The notes beneath the pieces were generated by a model that made no database searches, was not told the DNA's origin, and saw only the letters and a list, made by a program, of their open reading frames with translations. This document shows, in pieces, positions 38,408-48,563 of a stretch of 64,000 nt of DNA. Every line of letters begins with the position of its first letter. Within the stretch, counting starts at the first letter, position 1. Source of the stretch: an uncultured Clostridium sp. (GTDB taxonomy: Bacteria > Bacillota_I > Bacilli_A > RF39 > UBA660). A program made the translations under genes and the position numbers. The stretch is from NCBI GenBank assembly GCA_964578175.1, contig CAZOBH010000001.1, positions 3,198 to 67,197 on the forward strand, given 5' to 3'.

Positions 38408-41400
38408 TCAAGTTTCATCTTTATACTTAATTTTATTTAATAACAAAAGTAAATAATATATCGGATGTTTCTCTAATTTAATAGTATCAAGAACTAAAAT
38501 TAAACAATTTGAAGTAAATTGAAATCTAAACATTCTTGTAATTTTACATGCTTCAACAAAGAACTCTTCAACATCAATTCTCTTAGACATTTCTGGACTA
38601 AAAGTACATGTAATAGAATTTTTAGTTTCTTTCAATTCTATAATTTCTAATTTCTTAGCAAGTTTTTCTAACCACTCTTCATGCATATAAATAATCATGT
38701 CTTCATCTAATTTACCAAATCTATCTTCTAACTCAGTTTTTATATCAATTAACTTTGTATAAGAGTCAATTTCACTAATTTTCTTATGAATTTCTATTTT
38801 AAGATCTTCATTATCAACAAATTCATCTTTTATATGAGTAGATACATTAATCAATTGTTTATTATCTGTCTTTTCCTCTGTATCATCTTCTACTATTTCG
38901 CCTTTAATTCTTTTTATTTCGTCATTTAATATTTTAAGGTACATATCTATACCTACAGTATCTATAAATCCAGCTTGTTCACTACCTAAAATGTCTCCTG
39001 CACCTCTTATAGATAAATCTCTTGATGCAATTCTAAATCCACTACCTAATTCAGTAAATTCTTTTATTGCATTAAGTCTTTTAACTGCCGCACTATTTAA
39101 CTCTTTATGACTATCATACATAAGATATGCGTAAGCTATTTTATTACTTCTACCAACTCTACCTCTAATTTGATATAGTTGTGATAATCCAAACCTATCT
39201 GCATCTAAAATAATTAAAGTATTAACATTAGGTATATCTATACCAGTTTCAATAATTGTTGTACAAATTAAAATATCATATTCATGATTAATAAATTTTT
39301 CCATTCTATTTTCTAATTGATCTTTTTCTAATCTTCCATGCGCTGTAATTATTTTAGACTCTGGAACCATTTTTTTAATTTGATATTCTAATTCTTCAAG
39401 TTTATTTATATCATTTAATAAAATAAATATTTGTCCGTCTCTTGCTAATTCTTTATAAATAGCATCTTTTATTAAAGTTTTGTTTTCTCTAATTACATAT
39501 GTTTGTACCGGATATCTATCAACCGGAGGAGTCTCAATTAATGATAAAGATCTAATACCAATTAAAGACATTTGTAAAGTTCTTGGAATTGGAGTTGCAG
39601 TTAATGTTAATACATCTACATTTTCTTTATATTTTTTTAACTTCTCTTTATGAGATACTCCAAATCTTTGTTCTTCATCTATTACTAACAAACCTAAATC
39701 TTTAGGTAAGATATCATTGCTTAAAATTCTATGAGTTCCAAATAAAATATCAATTTTACCATTTGATAAATCGTCTAATATTTCTTTTACTTTAGATCTG
39801 CTTGTAAACCTATTTAAAACAGCTATTTTTACAGGGAAGTTTTTAAATCTATCAATAGCATTATTATATTGTTGAATAGATAAGATTGTCGTTGGGCATA
39901 AATATAAAACTTGTTTACCACTATCAACTGCTTTAAACATAGCTCTAAATGCAACTTCTGTTTTACCAAAACCAACATCACCACATAAAAGTCTATCCAT
40001 TGGTTTACTAGATTCCATATCTCTTTTAATTTGAGAAATGGCAAGTAATTGATCGTTAGTGGGCTCATATGAAAACTGATTTTCAAACATTATTTGTAGT
40101 TCATCGTCTTGATTAAATGCAAATCCACTTTTCATTTCTCTTTCAGCATATATTTTTATTAAATCACTAGCTATATCTTTTACTTTATTTCTAACTTTTA
40201 TCTTTGTTTTTGTCCACTCACTACTACCCAATTTATTAACTTTAGGAACTATTCCCTCTTTACCAGAATACTTACTTATTAAATTAATTTTTTCGACCGG
40301 AATATATAACTTATCATTTCCTTGATAAGATATTTCTAAATAGTCTTTTAATATATTATTTTGTTTTAATGTTTTAATTCCGTTATAAATTCCAATACCA
40401 TTTATGTTATGTACTACATAATCACCAATTTCTAAATTATTTATATTTTTAATCTTTGTAGAATATTTAAAACTTGTTTTATACTTTTCATTTCTAGTAA
40501 TTTTATTAAATAATTCCCCACTAGTTAATACGACTAGATTGTTAAATATAAAACCTTCATTTATATTTTTTTCTATTATATTTATTTTATTTTCATAAAT
40601 ATTACTTTCATTGGTAATTAAAAAATCCTCTTTTATATAATTAGTAAATGAATTAATTTGATATTTATTTAAACAAATGACTATAGTTTTATTTTTGTTT
40701 AACATATCTGTTAAAAAGTTATTAATTGCTTCTATATTTTCATTAAATTTATTAATAGTTTTAACATTGAGATTAAAAATTTTATCAACAGGAACTGTGG
40801 AAATAATATTTGATAAAGTAGAATAAAAAATATAATCTTTATAAATTATTTCATCAAAATCAAACATATAATTGTGTTTATATTCTTTATCAATATCACT
40901 TTTATATTCAATTATTTGGTTTCTTAAAAGATCAACATTTTTTAAAATATCATCATAATTTCTAAAAACAAATAAAGGATTATCTAGATAATTAGAAATG
41001 TTTTCAATATTATTTGATAGTAAAGGTAGATTTTTTTGTTCAAATGTTAAATCATCATTTTTATCTATTAAAAATTCAGTATACGGATAAATACTAATAC
41101 TATCTACTTCTTTTATAGTTTTTTGACTTTCTTCGTCAAAATATCTAATTGAATCAATTTGATCACCAAAATATTCAATTCTAACAGGATGATCAAATCC
41201 TAAAGGAAATACATCTATAACAAAACCTCTTACACCAATTTCTCCTGTTTTATAAACTATACTTTCTTTTACATATCCTAATTCTAAAAGATTAAATATT
41301 AATTCATCTCTTGAATATTCCATATCTTTTTTTAGATTAATAATTTTATTCTTATATAATTCCTTAGAAGGTAGAAATCTTAATAATCCATTTAAATGAG

Positions 41401-41719
41401 TAATAACAATATTGGTTTGTTTATTATTTAATAATTCATTAATTGTATCAAGCCTAGTAATTTTTAAATCAGGACTTATAGCAATTGATTCAGATGTTAA
41501 AAAATCATCCATTGGGAATAAATAAGAATTATTGTTTAGTTTATTCAATTTTGAATATAAATTGTTAGCTTCATATAAAGTAGATGTTACTATAATAATA
41601 CTTCTGTTATTTTCTTTATAATAACTAGAAATATACCAACAAAAAAATTCATCTGTAACTCCAGTTAAACAGATGTTATTTTCTTTTTTTATTTCTATAT
41701 ACTCATTTAATGTTTTCAT
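38408..41719 (-). CDS. mfd: Transcription-repair coupling factor
   Basis: 1103 aa with a UvrB-homology N-terminus, the RNAP-interacting CarD-like domain (GDYVVHNINGIGIY), and superfamily-2 translocase motifs GDVGFGKTEVA, DEEQRFG and QLYQIRGRVGRS. Confidence 0.95.
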   Translation of the reverse strand: MKTLNEYIEIKKENNICLTGVTDEFFCWYISSYYKENNRSIIIVTSTLYEANNLYSKLNKLNNNSYLFPMDDFLTSESIAISPDLKITRLDTINELLNNKQTNIVITHLNGLLRFLPSKELYKNKIINLKKDMEYSRDELIFNLLELGYVKESIVYKTGEIGVRGFVIDVFPLGFDHPVRIEYFGDQIDSIRYFDEESQKTIKEVDSISIYPYTEFLIDKNDDLTFEQKNLPLLSNNIENISNYLDNPLFVFRNYDDILKNVDLLRNQIIEYKSDIDKEYKHNYMFDFDEIIYKDYIFYSTLSNIISTVPVDKIFNLNVKTINKFNENIEAINNFLTDMLNKNKTIVICLNKYQINSFTNYIKEDFLITNESNIYENKINIIEKNINEGFIFNNLVVLTSGELFNKITRNEKYKTSFKYSTKIKNINNLEIGDYVVHNINGIGIYNGIKTLKQNNILKDYLEISYQGNDKLYIPVEKINLISKYSGKEGIVPKVNKLGSSEWTKTKIKVRNKVKDIASDLIKIYAEREMKSGFAFNQDDELQIMFENQFSYEPTNDQLLAISQIKRDMESSKPMDRLLCGDVGFGKTEVAFRAMFKAVDSGKQVLYLCPTTILSIQQYNNAIDRFKNFPVKIAVLNRFTSRSKVKEILDDLSNGKIDILFGTHRILSNDILPKDLGLLVIDEEQRFGVSHKEKLKKYKENVDVLTLTATPIPRTLQMSLIGIRSLSLIETPPVDRYPVQTYVIRENKTLIKDAIYKELARDGQIFILLNDINKLEELEYQIKKMVPESKIITAHGRLEKDQLENRMEKFINHEYDILICTTIIETGIDIPNVNTLIILDADRFGLSQLYQIRGRVGRSNKIAYAYLMYDSHKELNSAAVKRLNAIKEFTELGSGFRIASRDLSIRGAGDILGSEQAGFIDTVGIDMYLKILNDEIKRIKGEIVEDDTEEKTDNKQLINVSTHIKDEFVDNEDLKIEIHKKISEIDSYTKLIDIKTELEDRFGKLDEDMIIYMHEEWLEKLAKKLEIIELKETKNSITCTFSPEMSKRIDVEEFFVEACKITRMFRFQFTSNCLILVLDTIKLEKHPIYYLLLLLNKIKYKDET

Positions 41720-41727
41720 CTAATCAC

Positions 41728-42288
41728 CTACTTATGATTATATTTAGACATCAACCTTTCAAAATCTAAAACTATAAAGTCATCTAATACTTCATTAATT
41801 ACTGGCATCATTTCTTCAATAGATTCCTTAGTACTTTTATCGATTTTTCCAATAACATAATCTTTAGTATCTATATTTGAATTTTTAGAAATACCTATTT
41901 TTAATCTTTTAAAATCAGAAGTATTCAAATGATTTTCTATATTTTTTAATCCATTATGTCCACCACTTGATCCTTTCATTTTTAATCTAAAATTGCCAAT
42001 AGGTAAATCCATATCATCACTAATTATAAGAATATCATCAATAGCAATTTTAAAATAATCAATACATGCTCTTACCGATTCTCCTGATAAATTCATATAT
42101 GTTTGAGGTTTAAGTAATATAACTTTTTCATTATTATAAACAAAATCAGTATATAATCCATTAAATTTTGAATTAGTAATTTCTAACCCTTTTGACTTTG
42201 CATAATTATCAATAAACATAAATCCCATATTATGTCTTGTATTTTCATATTCTTTTCCTGGATTTCCTAAACCAACTATTAATTTCAT
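41728..42288 (-). CDS. pth: Peptidyl-tRNA hydrolase
   Basis: MKLIVGLGNPGKEYENTRHNMGF...GGHNGLKNI. Confidence 0.95.
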   Translation of the reverse strand: MKLIVGLGNPGKEYENTRHNMGFMFIDNYAKSKGLEITNSKFNGLYTDFVYNNEKVILLKPQTYMNLSGESVRACIDYFKIAIDDILIISDDMDLPIGNFRLKMKGSSGGHNGLKNIENHLNTSDFKRLKIGISKNSNIDTKDYVIGKIDKSTKESIEEMMPVINEVLDDFIVLDFERLMSKYNHK

Positions 42289-42292
42289 ATAA

Positions 42293-43135
42293 TCACTTCC
42301 TATGATATTCTTTATATATTTCAGATTTAGTAGTATTCCTGTCTTTTGCTACCATTTTCATAGCTTCTTTTAAATCTTTACCATCTTCTAAATAAAGATT
42401 TATATGGTCTTCTATTGAAATATTACTAAAATCTATTTCCTGTTTATTTCCTTCAACAACTACAACAAACTCTCCCTTAATTTCAAAACAATTTAGTTCT
42501 TTAATTACTTCATCAACTGTTCCTCTATATATTTCTTCATGTAGTTTTGTTAATTCTCTAGAAACAGATATATTTCTATTTCCTAAAACAAGTTTTATTG
42601 AATCTAACATATCTATAATTCTATGAGGAGCTTCATAAAAGATAATTGTAAATTGAATTTGTTTTAATAATTCTAATTCTTTTTCTCTTTTACTTTTCTT
42701 TGCATTTAAAAATCCATAAAACATAAAGTGTGAAGTTGAAAGTCCAGACGCAATTAACGCTGGAACAAATGCATTTGCACCAGGTAACGGTATTACATTA
42801 TAACCTTTTTTTATTGCTTCTTCAACTATTTTATAACCTGGATCACTTATAATTGGTGTCCCTCTATCAGTAACTATCCCAATATTTTTACCTTCATCTA
42901 ATAATTCTATAGCTAATATTTTAGTATTTTCTTCATTATGATCGTTAGAACTTATTAATTTCTTTTTAATATCTAATTTACTCATTAAAGATCCAGTTAT
43001 CCTGGTATCTTCACAAAAAATGACATCAACGAAATTAAGTGTATCTACACTTCTTTTAGTAATATCATCTAAATTTCCAATAGGAGTTGGTATTAAATAA
43101 ACTGATGGTGAATTGTCATAACTCTTTTGGCTCAT
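42293..43135 (-). CDS. rsmI: 16S rRNA (cytidine1402-2'-O)-methyltransferase
   Basis: YLIPTPIGNLDDIT...FCEDTR...SDPGY, a tetrapyrrole-methylase-fold RsmI pattern. Confidence 0.9.
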   Translation of the reverse strand: MSQKSYDNSPSVYLIPTPIGNLDDITKRSVDTLNFVDVIFCEDTRITGSLMSKLDIKKKLISSNDHNEENTKILAIELLDEGKNIGIVTDRGTPIISDPGYKIVEEAIKKGYNVIPLPGANAFVPALIASGLSTSHFMFYGFLNAKKSKREKELELLKQIQFTIIFYEAPHRIIDMLDSIKLVLGNRNISVSRELTKLHEEIYRGTVDEVIKELNCFEIKGEFVVVVEGNKQEIDFSNISIEDHINLYLEDGKDLKEAMKMVAKDRNTTKSEIYKEYHRK

Positions 43136-43137
43136 AA

Positions 43138-43860
43138 TTACCTCCTAAAAATATCTTTAATATGTGGTAAATAGTTACCTTCTTCATCATGAATATATAA
43201 TGGTTTTTCAATTATTAGACCATCTGATCCATTCTTAATTCCTTCAATTAAAAACAAATTAGATCCTGAATTTTCTCTAGGATAAATAAATTGTACTCTT
43301 TTGGGATTAATATTATTTTTCTTCATTTCTTCTAATACTTCTACAAATCTTTCTGTTCTATGTACTAATGCTAATTTGCCTTTATTATTTAAATATTTTT
43401 TCCCTATTTCTATCACTTCATTTAGTTTAATTTCTTTTTCATGTCTCGCAATAACTTTATGAATATCATCATTTAATCTAGAATCATCTTTTAGTTTAAA
43501 GTATGGGGGGTTACATATTATAATATCAAAAAAATTAGGTTCAAAATATTTACCTAAATTTTTCATATTATCATTAATCAATGTAATTTTATTATCTAAT
43601 TTGTTAAAACTTACAGATTCTTTAGCTAATTCATAACATTCTGTTTGTATTTCAATCCCGTATATTTTAGCATCAGTTAATGTTGTTAATATCATTGGAA
43701 TAGGTGCATTTCCAGTACCGAGATCCAATATATTTTTTGTATTTTTATTAATCTTAATAAAATTTGGTAATAAAACAGATTCCAACGAAAAATTAAACCA
43801 ACTAGTATCTTGATATATTTTAAAATCATTATATCCTAATAAATCATTTAGAACTTTCAT
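43138..43860 (-). CDS. tRNA (adenine37-N6)-methyltransferase-like SAM-dependent methyltransferase (YabB/TrmN6 family)
   Basis: DLGTGNAPIP SAM motif and the NPPYF catalytic motif. Bacillus-like position next to rsmI and ricT. Confidence 0.65.
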   Translation of the reverse strand: MKVLNDLLGYNDFKIYQDTSWFNFSLESVLLPNFIKINKNTKNILDLGTGNAPIPMILTTLTDAKIYGIEIQTECYELAKESVSFNKLDNKITLINDNMKNLGKYFEPNFFDIIICNPPYFKLKDDSRLNDDIHKVIARHEKEIKLNEVIEIGKKYLNNKGKLALVHRTERFVEVLEEMKKNNINPKRVQFIYPRENSGSNLFLIEGIKNGSDGLIIEKPLYIHDEEGNYLPHIKDIFRR

Positions 43861-44638
43861 CTAGTGAGATCTCCTCTAAAGTTTTATTTTCATTTTCAAT
43901 TGTATATGTTCTATTAAATAAATTATGACTGATTACCTTTCCCTTTTTACCATTATATTTAACATAACTACCAATTGCTGGAAAATCTTTTTTCATTTCT
44001 ATATATTGTTCATCTTCGTAATTAAAACAACATAATAATCTTCCACATACACCATTTATTTTAGTAGGATTTAGTGCTATATATTGATTTTTAGCCATAT
44101 TAATAGACACACTATTAAAGTCATTTAGGAAAGTGCTACAACATAAAAATCTTCCACATGGACCAATACCACCAATTTCTTTTGCTTTGTCTCTAATTCC
44201 GATTTGTCTCAATTCAATTCTAGTTTTATAAATAGCAGCTAATTTTTTAGCCAATTCTCTAAAATCTATTCTTTCATCTGCTAAAAACTTTATTATTAGT
44301 TCTTTTCTATCAAAAGTGAAGTCTGCAGAAATAAAATTCATGTCTAAATCTATTTCATTAGCAATTTCAATTGCTTTTTTTAATGCATTATCACTATCTT
44401 TTATATTTTTTTCATTTTGCTTAATATCTTTTTCATTTGCAATTCTAATAATCTTTTTTAAAGGTAGAACTAACTCAGAATCAGATACTTCTTTTTTACC
44501 TTCCTTTACTAATCCATATTGCATACCTTTTTCAGTTTCAACTATTACTTCATCACCTTTTTTAACATCTAAATCAGTAGGATCAAAAAAGTATAATCTA
44601 TTGGAATTAATAAATTTAATTGGTACTACTTCATGCAT
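43844..44638 (-). CDS. ricT: PSP1-domain protein YaaT/RicT
   Basis: VVPIKF...YFFDP...GMQYGLV, followed by the PSP1 C-terminal domain with Cys clusters (GPCGRFLCC, GVCGRLLCC). The ATG at 44638 follows a GGAGAGTG RBS, 4 nt after the holB TGA stop. Confidence 0.85.
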   Translation of the reverse strand: MHEVVPIKFINSNRLYFFDPTDLDVKKGDEVIVETEKGMQYGLVKEGKKEVSDSELVLPLKKIIRIANEKDIKQNEKNIKDSDNALKKAIEIANEIDLDMNFISADFTFDRKELIIKFLADERIDFRELAKKLAAIYKTRIELRQIGIRDKAKEIGGIGPCGRFLCCSTFLNDFNSVSINMAKNQYIALNPTKINGVCGRLLCCFNYEDEQYIEMKKDFPAIGSYVKYNGKKGKVISHNLFNRTYTIENENKTLEEISLDESSK

Positions 44639-44642
44639 AAAA

Positions 44643-45488
44643 TCACTCTCCATACATATAAAATACTATTTCATCTATAAAAGTCTTAGGACTAATATTT
44701 AATTTTAAATACTCTTTATATTTATTTATAGCATCTATTTTTTTACTTAACAAAATCTCATTTTTATCATAATTCAAATTTGGTATTTCTTTAAAATATC
44801 TATATTTATTACTTATATTTCTATTAATATATATTAAATCAAAATATATCATTTGTATTTCTTCGAATATGTTGTATATGTCATCTCTACTTAAATCATG
44901 TTCTTTTATATATTCGTAAATATAATATAATGATCGTTTTTTATATTTTTCTATAAGATTAATTATTTTTACAGAATGTGATTCTTCATCTAATTCTAAA
45001 AACACATTTCTTTTTAAACTTATAGTTATACATCTTGATTTAATAGTTTCTATAACTGAATACTTATTCTTGGTTAATAAAATGCCATACACATCATTAC
45101 TAGGTTCTTCAAGAAATTTAAGCAGTTTGTTTGCTGAAGATGAATTTAATTTTTCTGCCTCTTCAATAAAATAAATCTTACAATAACTTTCAAATGATTC
45201 TTTTGAAAAATCTTCTTTTAAATCTTCTATTTGATTTGTCTTAATAAAACCAGAATCAGTTCTTACAATTTTAATATTAGGGCAATTACCTTTTTCTATT
45301 AAAGTTATTTCATCTTTATTAATGCTGTTGTTTTTTGTAATTATCGCTTTAGAAAGATCAATTTCTAGTTTCTGTATATCAATTGAGTCATCTATTTCAA
45401 ACATATATGCATGACTAAGAGAATCATTTTCAATTGATTTTATAATTGTATGATAAAATTCTTCATATTCTCTATAATCATCCAACAT
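44643..45488 (-). CDS. holB: DNA polymerase III delta' subunit-like clamp-loader protein (degenerate P-loop)
   Basis: LSHAYMF motif, LKFLEEP, IKSRC (SRC motif), and synteny recR-holB-ricT. It ends with TGA. Confidence 0.65.
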   Translation of the reverse strand: MLDDYREYEEFYHTIIKSIENDSLSHAYMFEIDDSIDIQKLEIDLSKAIITKNNSINKDEITLIEKGNCPNIKIVRTDSGFIKTNQIEDLKEDFSKESFESYCKIYFIEEAEKLNSSSANKLLKFLEEPSNDVYGILLTKNKYSVIETIKSRCITISLKRNVFLELDEESHSVKIINLIEKYKKRSLYYIYEYIKEHDLSRDDIYNIFEEIQMIYFDLIYINRNISNKYRYFKEIPNLNYDKNEILLSKKIDAINKYKEYLKLNISPKTFIDEIVFYMYGE

Positions 45489-45497
45489 ATATACTCC

Positions 45498-46094
45498 TTA
45501 CTTAATTTCTTTTCTATCGGCTAATGCTCTTTCAAGTGTTATGGAATCAATATATTCTATATCAGCTCCTATTGGTATTCCACTTGCTAATCTTGATATT
45601 TTTATATCCATATCTTCTAATACTTTCTTTATATATAGACTTGTTGTTTCTCCTTCCACAGTAGGTTTTACAGCTATTATTATTTCTTTAAATTTATTAT
45701 CATTAATTCTTTTTAATAATTTATCTATACCCACATCTTCTGGATTTATTCCGTTTAAAGGATCTATTAAATTTTCTAAAACATGATAATAACCATGATA
45801 ACTTCCTAATTTTTCAAATAAGAAAATATTCTTACAATCATCTATAATACATAATTCATCCTGATTTCTCGTTTTGTCTGAACATATAGAACAAATTTCA
45901 TCTTCTGTTATATTAGAACAAATAGGACATTTTTTTATTTTCTTTTTAACATTTTCGATACTATCTTTAAAAAATTCTGCTTTATCATCGTCTAAAGACA
46001 TAACATAAAATGCCAATCTTTCAGCTGTTTTTTCACCAATCCCAGGGAGAAACTTAAAACTTTCTATTAATTCTTTTAGACTATTTGGATACAT
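45498..46094 (-). CDS. recR: Recombination protein RecR
   Basis: LPGIGEKTAERLAF (HhH), a C4 zinc finger CPICSN...CSIC, and a Toprim domain. Confidence 0.95.
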   Translation of the reverse strand: MYPNSLKELIESFKFLPGIGEKTAERLAFYVMSLDDDKAEFFKDSIENVKKKIKKCPICSNITEDEICSICSDKTRNQDELCIIDDCKNIFLFEKLGSYHGYYHVLENLIDPLNGINPEDVGIDKLLKRINDNKFKEIIIAVKPTVEGETTSLYIKKVLEDMDIKISRLASGIPIGADIEYIDSITLERALADRKEIK

Positions 46095-46393
46095 TAAAAC
46101 AACCCTGGTATACCATTAGTATATTTTCCCATTTTCTTCTCAGTTTCTTGATCTACTTTTTTCATTGCATTATTAACAGCTATTATAATCATATCTTCTA
46201 ATGCATCAATATCATCAGCATCTAGAGTCCCTTCATTTTCAATTTTAATTTCTGTAAGTTCCTTTTTTCCATTAATTTTAACCTTAACTAAAGAACTTTC
46301 ACCTTCAAATATAGTATTATTAATTTTATCTTGTTCCTTTAACATTTCTTTTTGTAAATTTTGTACTTGTTTCATTAATGCATTTGGATTCAT
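46094..46393 (-). CDS. ybaB: Nucleoid-associated protein YbaB/EbfC
   Basis: NALMKQVQNLQKEMLKEQ... matches the family and the dnaX-ybaB-recR synteny. The track start at 46402 is a GTG abutting the GAGGAG RBS; the ATG at 46393 is preferred. Confidence 0.85.
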   Translation of the reverse strand: MNPNALMKQVQNLQKEMLKEQDKINNTIFEGESSLVKVKINGKKELTEIKIENEGTLDADDIDALEDMIIIAVNNAMKKVDQETEKKMGKYTNGIPGLF

Positions 46394-46398
46394 AATCA

Positions 46399-48030
46399 TC
46401 ACTCCTCTATTTCTATAATTGATTTATCAAACATTTCGTTTGCTTTTTTTATTATATCACTTTCTTCATTTGTAATATCATTTTGTATATTATCTTCTTT
46501 TTTTGGTTCTTCTATATACTTATATTCAACTTTATTTTTCAAATTTTTAATATATTCATTTTTTTCAAGAATCCATTCATCATCAGTAATAAATATTAAT
46601 TTTTTATTTATATCTAATAATTTGCTTATTGCCTCTTCATATTTTTCAATATTACTATTTCCTTTGTCACAAAATGATCGATACTTGTAAGTTAAAATCA
46701 TATTATTTTTACCAGAAGCAACAGGTTTAGCATCAACTAATGTAGATATAAATGATCCATAACTTTTATCTAAACAATAATCAACTAAATTTTTCCATTT
46801 ATCTTTAATATCACTTAATTCTTGTTTACTAGCGTCAACAAAAGTGTTGTTAATTCTTATTTTCTTAATTTCATCAACATTATTTATTATTTTATTTTTA
46901 TCTTCTTCGATTTTATCTATAATATTATCATTTTTTGATTCAAAAGATACATCTTCATTTTTTTTATCAAAATTTGTTGGTACAAAATCGTTTGTGTTAG
47001 ATAATGAAACATCAGAATCTTGTTTATTATTACCAATACTTAAAACAGTATTTATAAACACAACTTTATCTAACGTAGTTTTTTTCATATCACTTAAGCA
47101 TTCAATTAAAGCATTACCAATCAAACATTTGTTTGTTGTTGATTTTTTAATATTATCATTAATTAAATATTCCAATAAAGCTTTACAAATTTTCTTTAGA
47201 TCTTTACCACTTTCACTATATTTTTCAATAGATTCTATAGCTTCATTTATATTAGAATTTAATATATTATCATATAATATTTCTATTTCTTTATTAGAAA
47301 CATTACCATTTATTATATTAATATCTTCAGATGTAATTTTATCTTCGCAGTAGGAATTAGCAAGTTCTAGCATACCTATTGCGTCTCTCAAACCACCATC
47401 AGAATCATTACATATCTCTTGAATTGCATCATCATCAATTTTAATTTTTTCTTTAGTAGCTATTTCTTTAATTCTTAAAATCATGTCTTTATTATTTATT
47501 TTTTTAAATTCCATTGTATGACATCTTGAAATAATTGTTATAGGAACTTTTTCAATATTTGTAGTAGCTAAAATAAATATTACATGTTCTGGTGGTTCTT
47601 CTAAAGTTTTTAATAATGCGTTAAATGCAGAGTTTGATAGCATATGAACTTCATCTATTATATATACTTTATATTTTAAAAACGATGGAGATACCATAGC
47701 GTTATTTTTTAATTCTCTAATTTCATCTACTCCATTATTGGAAGCAGCATCCATTTCAATTATATCTACACAATTCTCGTCAGCAGAATTTATGCAATTT
47801 TCACATTTTTCGCAACACTTACCATCTTTATAATTATCACAGTTAATCAACCTAGCAAAGATTTTAGCTGTGCTTGTTTTTCCACTACCTCTTGGTCCAG
47901 AGAATAAATAAGCATGAGAAAAAGAATTGTTTTTTAAAGAATTATTTAATATTTTTACAATCACATCTTGTCCATATATTTCATTAAAATTCTTTGGTCT
48001 ATATTTTCTATATAATGATCTGTAATTCAT
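46399..48030 (-). CDS. dnaX: DNA polymerase III subunit gamma/tau
   Basis: YRPKNFNEIYGQ, Walker A GPRGSGKTS, a zinc module (CDNY...CCEKCENC), DEVHML and ISRC. It ends with TGA. Confidence 0.95.
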   Translation of the reverse strand: MNYRSLYRKYRPKNFNEIYGQDVIVKILNNSLKNNSFSHAYLFSGPRGSGKTSTAKIFARLINCDNYKDGKCCEKCENCINSADENCVDIIEMDAASNNGVDEIRELKNNAMVSPSFLKYKVYIIDEVHMLSNSAFNALLKTLEEPPEHVIFILATTNIEKVPITIISRCHTMEFKKINNKDMILRIKEIATKEKIKIDDDAIQEICNDSDGGLRDAIGMLELANSYCEDKITSEDINIINGNVSNKEIEILYDNILNSNINEAIESIEKYSESGKDLKKICKALLEYLINDNIKKSTTNKCLIGNALIECLSDMKKTTLDKVVFINTVLSIGNNKQDSDVSLSNTNDFVPTNFDKKNEDVSFESKNDNIIDKIEEDKNKIINNVDEIKKIRINNTFVDASKQELSDIKDKWKNLVDYCLDKSYGSFISTLVDAKPVASGKNNMILTYKYRSFCDKGNSNIEKYEEAISKLLDINKKLIFITDDEWILEKNEYIKNLKNKVEYKYIEEPKKEDNIQNDITNEESDIIKKANEMFDKSIIEIEE

Positions 48031-48052
48031 AGCATTTTCCTTTCACAATCTT

Positions 48053-48061
48053 ATTATATCA
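48053..48061 (-). promoter_or_regulatory. Extended -10 promoter element (TGATATAAT) upstream of dnaX
   Basis: Exact TGnTATAAT on the minus strand, about 25 nt upstream of the dnaX RBS. Confidence 0.5.
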
Positions 48062-48097
48062 TTTATTTTAAGTGATATAAACACATTTTAAAATCAA

Positions 48098-48113
48098 TGT
48101 TTCACGTGAAACA
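48098..48113. other. parS site 1 (ParB/Spo0J centromere palindrome)
   Basis: Exact 16-mer TGTTTCACGTGAAACA, the Firmicute parS consensus. It extends to the 18-bp palindrome ATGTTTCACGTGAAACAT. Confidence 0.85.
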
Positions 48114-48127
48114 TCGATGTATTTCTA

Positions 48128-48143
48128 CTTTTCTTGGGAAATA
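48128..48143. other. Degenerate NBS-like half site
   Basis: CTTTTCTTGGGAAATA: the right half GGGAAATA is perfect, and the left half has 4 mismatches to TATTTCCC. Confidence 0.3.
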
Positions 48144-48166
48144 TTTTTTTGCTTTTTTATTCATTT

Positions 48167-48182
48167 TATTTCCCAGGAAATA
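48167..48182. other. Noc-binding site (NBS)-like palindrome, one mismatch
   Basis: TATTTCCCAGGAAATA compared with the NBS consensus TATTTCCCGGGAAATA. Confidence 0.7.
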
Positions 48183-48196
48183 TTTTTTTATTAAAT

Positions 48197-48212
48197 TATT
48201 TCCCGGGAAATA
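48197..48212. other. Noc-binding site (NBS), perfect
   Basis: Exact TATTTCCCGGGAAATA. Confidence 0.8.
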
Positions 48213-48257
48213 TTTTTGTTGTTTTTAATTATCATAATTTTTATTTTTTTATTATTA

Positions 48258-48273
48258 TGTTTCACGTGAAACA
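48258..48273. other. parS site 2
   Basis: Exact TGTTTCACGTGAAACA. It shares the longer repeat ATGTTTCACGTGAAACATTATTTGTTT with site 3. Confidence 0.85.
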
Positions 48274-48295
48274 TTATTTGTTTTATCATTCAAAT

Positions 48296-48311
48296 TATTT
48301 CCCGGGAAATA
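48296..48311. other. Noc-binding site (NBS), perfect
   Basis: Exact TATTTCCCGGGAAATA. It shares the flanks AAATTATTTCCCGGGAAATATTTTT with the site at 48197. Confidence 0.8.
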
Positions 48312-48563
48312 TTTTTTTATTTTAAACTAATCTACTTTTTTAATTTTTTTTGAATATATTAGACATATATATAATTCGCTTATAAAATTTTATTTATAGT
48401 TTTAATATTTTATTTAACAAATAAGTTAATATTAACTTATATAATATGAACTAGTACATATAAATATATTCATTTGCTTCTGCCACATAAAATCATGTAT
48501 AAACATTTTATCATTTTAAAAAAATAACATATTAAATCAAAAAATATTTGTGTATTTCATAAA

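Noticed and set aside
46844-47353. 169-aa plus-strand ORF antisense to dnaX, and the many similar antisense ORFs in the track (e.g. 838-1113, 2867-3064, 5128-5370, 5244-5447, 6858-7088, 7791-8012, 11829-12116, 16798-17115, 17723-18175, 18297-18799, 25468-25650, 27531-27752, 28246-28488, 34735-35107, 36278-36772, 37054-37296, 44316-44702, 45541-45786, 50257-50454, 51626-51964, 52143-52349, 52761-52946, 56343-56534; also same-strand out-of-frame 5231-5413, 11431-11640, 39829-40086, 61305-61496, 63107-63367)
   Set aside because: All are shadow ORFs lying inside strongly supported conserved genes. Their Ser/Leu/Phe/Ile-rich, low-complexity translations are typical of the antisense or off-frame of AT-rich coding DNA. 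None has a convincing RBS or a recognisable motif.
48134-48325. 63-aa plus-strand ORF (MGNIFLLFYSFYFPGNIFLL...FPGNIF...)
   Set aside because: The repeated FPGNIF peptide is just the translation of the TTTCCCGGGAAATATTTTT (NBS) DNA repeats. There is no RBS, and the composition is extremely Phe/Leu/Asn/Ile-rich. It is an artefact of the repeat array.
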